A DNA stretch of 64,000 nt, from the NCBI RefSeq assembly GCF_030028105.1, contig NC_092377.1, positions 128,807,356-128,871,355 of the forward strand, in the 5' to 3' direction. Both the position numbers and the translations under genes were made by a program. This DNA is from Mobula birostris. Taxonomy: Eukaryota. Shown here one piece after another: positions 60,436 through 64,000 of this stretch (positions within the stretch are counted from its first letter, which is position 1; each line of letters starts with the position of its first letter). The notes under the pieces are model-generated. The model had not been told where the DNA came from. It worked only from the letters and a program-made list of their open reading frames with translations, and made no database searches.

Positions 60436-60616
60436 CACACACACACACAACACCACTTTTGTATCTACCAGTTCAGCTCTCCGCCGTGTTTGAATCTTTG
60501 TGATCCCATGGTCATTGACCTGAACGGATCTAAGCATGGGTGCTAATCTTAAAGATGCTCACCCACTGAGACTGCCGAGATCACTGGTCACGAATGTATC
60601 CCATCAAGCCCCCAAA

Positions 60617-61096
60617 TATTGTGACAGTGATCGAAGTCAGCGGAGAAACACTGAAACTGGTGATATAGAAGCTTTCATTCAAAACAACAAGCAGCCATCA
60701 TTGGAGCCACGCTCAGTAGGGGCTCCCTGACCCAACATTAGATCACATATTTTATATGCTAAATATAAAAGGTAACAGGGAATAATTTCTATCGTTACAA
60801 TGCATTCATAATGCTTCCTTTGAGTTACATATAATTTTCAAATACCTAGATCTTCACACCAACACTCCAGACACCCTGGATTAAATGTTAATCTCTAATG
60901 TCTCTGAGCTGCATCATGCATATGCAGACACCTCAGGTCAATGGGGTGTTTCCTTGCTTGCAATCAACCCTAATCGGCAGTTCCAGGATGTAAGTCCTTC
61001 TGAGCAGCATTTCAAATTTAATCAACATTTGGAAGACTGGTTGCTGTTGAGATTAATATTAGCTATATTCCATGACTCCAGAATACGCTCTTAACA
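60617..61096 (-). repeat. Putative retroviral 5' LTR adjacent to a tRNA-Pro-like PBS
   Basis: TGTTAAG start; TATAAAA and AATGAA in order; PBS 2 nt after the end; donor-like GG|GTGAGC about 35 nt further on. Confidence 0.5.
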
Positions 61097-61175
61097 GTAG
61101 AGAGGGTTGTACCTGTCAGTTCTAGATATAATTCCCAGTGATTGAAAGTTGGCAAATATAACCACACTATTTAAG

Positions 61176-62016
61176 TGTAACCCTCTCACTGGGCTCATAT
61201 ACAAATCTGACACGTTAGCTAACTCTGCGAACAGCCAAGTGACTCCGGTAAGAACGCCTCTTTTCATAAGCAATATATGTCTAGGGTTGGTATAATTTGG
61301 GGTTCAACCAAACAGGAAAGTTGGGATGTTCCAATTAAGGAGCATTGTTCGTCGTGAATGCTGTGTAAATACTGCTCCATGCAAAGTTATTGTTCGCCAG
61401 AACATTAGCAGATCGTACACCGGCATAAAATTACAAAGGAAATATCATTACCAAATTTTCAACTTTAACAGTTACAGAAAAAGAAAAGAAAAATAATGAC
61501 GTAATACAGTTAAACCAGCCCAATGTGCATGTTAATGTTAGAGCTCATTTCTGGAGTAGTCGTGTATATTGCTTTACTCACATGCTGAACCCATATCCTG
61601 CGCGAAGGACACCAGTCAGAACTTCTCTTGGAGACCATCTTAAACGAACTGGCTCTCTCAGGAGTACTGGCCCTTCCTTTTTGCTGCCATTCATCTGCAT
61701 GAAGCACTTCTTACACCCGGGTCTGTCCTTCTAACGGCATTCTGCGACATATTCCCTTGTGTCCCGTTCAGCAGCACCTGCCAAAAGACTCCAAACCAGA
61801 CTACAGTCCTTCAAAAGTCTGATCCCGCCTAGCTCTCCCGAATCTTCCACTGGGCAGAAAGTTACAATTGGCTGACGCATCATTACTCCTTATGGCTCCT
61901 TATCTTCAGCTGAAGCCAAAACACTATTACTAACATGACACACTCCTTCTGCAGAAAACTGCTAAAATAAAAATACCTCACAGCATAGCAGTAGAAATCT
62001 TAACCAGGACAATGCA
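61176..62016 (-). repeat. Gypsy-type solo LTR, divergent relative of the 41892 LTR
   Basis: TG...CA ends; first 60 nt (tgcattgtcctggttaagatttctactgctatgctgtgaggtatt) resemble the start of 41892-42540; no TSD seen. Confidence 0.55.
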
Positions 62017-62209
62017 GGCGATAAAGAGAGAGAGTAAAAGACAACTCACCAGTTAGCCACAGTCCACCACTCTAGATCATTCTAAGTGAGAATTCAGTAA
62101 AAAATCCCACTAGAATGTGTAGCCCCTCTCGACACTAAACAAGCATCAGTGTGTGTTGCATCAGGACTGTGGTGTGAACTCCCTGACCTCCCTATTGTTG
62201 TTATTGGTG

Positions 62210-62750
62210 ACATTAAGATCAGATTTAATTGGAGCCAGTTCACAGTGTGTAGTTTTGGTCACCTACCTACAGAAAAGATTGAGAGTGCAGAGAAAACCTT
62301 CAGGGATATTGCCAGGTCTGGAGCACCTGAATCATAAGGAAAGATTGAATAAGTTAGGACTATATTCTTTAGAACGTAGAAGATTGAGAGAAGATTCGAT
62401 AGAGGTATACAAAATTATGATGGGTATAGATAGGGTAAATGTAAGCAGGCTTTTTCCACTGAGTTTGGGTGGGACTACAACCAGAGGTCATGGGTTAAGT
62501 ATGAAATGTGAGAAGTTTAAGGGGGACATGAGGGGATTATTCTTCACTTAGAGGGTTGTGAGTGTGGAATGAGTTACCAGCACGAGTGGTGCATGCAAGC
62601 TCAATTTCAACATTTAAGAGAAGTTTGAAATGGTAGGGATATGGAGGGCTGTGGTCCCAGTGCAGGTCGATGGGAGTAGGCAGTTTAAATGGTTTTGGCA
62701 TGGACTAAATGGGCCGAAGGGCCTGCTTCTGTGTTATGCTTCTCTATGAC
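62210..62750 (+). mobile_element. CR1 LINE 3' end
   Basis: ILPGLEHLNHKERLNKLGLYSLERRRLREDSIEVYKIM...TRGHGL...FFT; tctatgac tail. Confidence 0.88.
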
Positions 62751-63130
62751 TCTCTATGATTTGGATGCTCCCAGCTATAGATGGATGGTCCGATGGAGGA
62801 AGGTTGAATAGGTTGGGAATTTATTTCCTTACATTTAGAACGAGGTGATCATATTTGAGTTATATAGCACAGAAACAGGCACTTTGGCCCAACTCATTCA
62901 TGCTGACCAAGATGCTAATCCCATTTGCCCGCATTTGGCCTGTATCATTCTAAACTTTTCCTATTTGTGCACTGGTCCAAATGTTTTTTTAAATGTTGTA
63001 ACTATACATTCCTTTATCACTTCCTTTGGCAGCTTGTACCATATAGTGGTAAACATTGATCTTAAGCCTTTTCCCTCCCATTTAGTCATTTCTGAAGTAC
63101 ATCCTTAAAGAGGAAATTATACAAAGCACA

Positions 63131-63645
63131 TGTAACACCCTGGAAAAGGTTTCATTGCTAAGGTAATGGTCTTTCTGTAGACGCAGTGTTTGGGTTATGG
63201 TTAGAGATGATGGGTGTTTTAGAATGTGAGCTGGGTCTTTTGTTCGGCGAGAGGTGAAGCTGGAGATAACCGGCCTTAGGATATGACCCGGTGGGGAGAT
63301 CGTGATCCAATGGAGTCAGGCACCAAGATCGACTGAAGATCAGTGAATTGAGCTCCAACTGGTGCATACTTGACTGTTTAATTATATGGGCCTTTCTTGT
63401 TTTTTTCTTTCTTTTCTTTACTAACCCTTTAGTTGAGTTAAGATTCATAAATATAATTCCTTTAATTGTATACATTGTGTTGTCTGTTGTTTATTGGCAC
63501 TGAGTTGTAACAGGGAGGCAAATTACACAGCATCCACACAAACCGGGGTCTGGGGTGGGAGAGCCGTCTCAAATCTCATGGGTTTGGTGGGACTGGAGTG
63601 TGTCTTACTTAGATTTATGCAGCCAAGGAAACCAGCCGGGTTTCA
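63131..63645 (+). repeat. Gypsy solo LTR with 4-bp TSD CACA
   Basis: tgtaacaccctgg...gggtttca flanked by caca at 63127-63130 and 63646-63649; aligns with 41892-42540. Confidence 0.87.
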
Positions 63646-64000
63646 CACAGAAGTTGGTCCATTGAATCCACACTGACAATTTAATATTCGTTTATGCTAA
63701 TCCTGCACTCAGTTACTTTCCCTAAGTTCCCCAAGAATTCACCTCTCTGAACAAGTACTTGAATCATCAGTGTATAGCAGGACCTAACCTTGGGTTCAGA
63801 TTTGTGGTCAGCATGAACTTGTTGGGTGGAAGGGCCTGTGTCTGTGCTGTAACAACTCTCGTTGACTGCTTCCATGTTGTGAGTCCCTGGTGGAATTCCG
63901 TGACTGCCCCAAGTCGAACCTTCGCAGGATGGTCAGTTTTCCTGATTTCTCAGGCTTGCCTCTTTTTGTGTCTTCCCCACCCACCTTGTTAGGCCTCCGA

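Larger units (their letters stand above)
52868..61096 (-). mobile_element. Decayed endogenous retrovirus-like region, interrupted by hAT, RTE, Penelope and SINE insertions
   Basis: env TM fragment; PPT AAAAAGGAGGGAA (53250-53238) then TGTG; tRNA-Pro-like PBS TGGGGGCTTGATGGGAT (60614-60598) beside a TG-starting LTR-like segment; weak gag and integrase remnants. The two termini do not match each other. Confidence 0.55.

Overview
Vertebrate genomic DNA, very probably from a cartilaginous fish (ray/stingray-type repeat set: CR1, Rex1/Babar, RTE and Tx1 LINEs, V-SINE/HE1-like SINEs, Penelope elements, Tc1, pogo and hAT transposons). The taxon is an inference from repeat content. The main gene is a complete 12-coding-exon PROSER3 (C19orf55) orthologue on the minus strand (ATG at 51547, stop at 23297, about 707 aa). 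I reconstructed it by hand; all introns are GT-AG and all phases are consistent. Its CpG-island promoter (about 51.5-52.05 kb) looks bidirectional. A second CpG island at about 7 kb carries a minus-strand ATG-GTG|GTGAGT first exon that fits ARHGAP33 by N-terminus and synteny. The rest is repeats: several minisatellites; a nested hAT>Gypsy>Rex1 and Tc1>CR1 stack in PROSER3 intron 4; a decayed endogenous retrovirus with a gamma-type env TM fragment; solo Gypsy LTRs; and Penelope-like element pieces carrying minimal hammerhead-ribozyme motifs, one with an intact core at 58815-58850. Most long ORFs in the supplied track are artefacts of tandem or low-complexity repeats. There is no CRISPR array, rRNA or tRNA gene. 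I did not find a convincing wholly new system; the best leads are the ribozyme-bearing Penelope micro-insertions, the ERV with non-matching termini and the divergent transcript.
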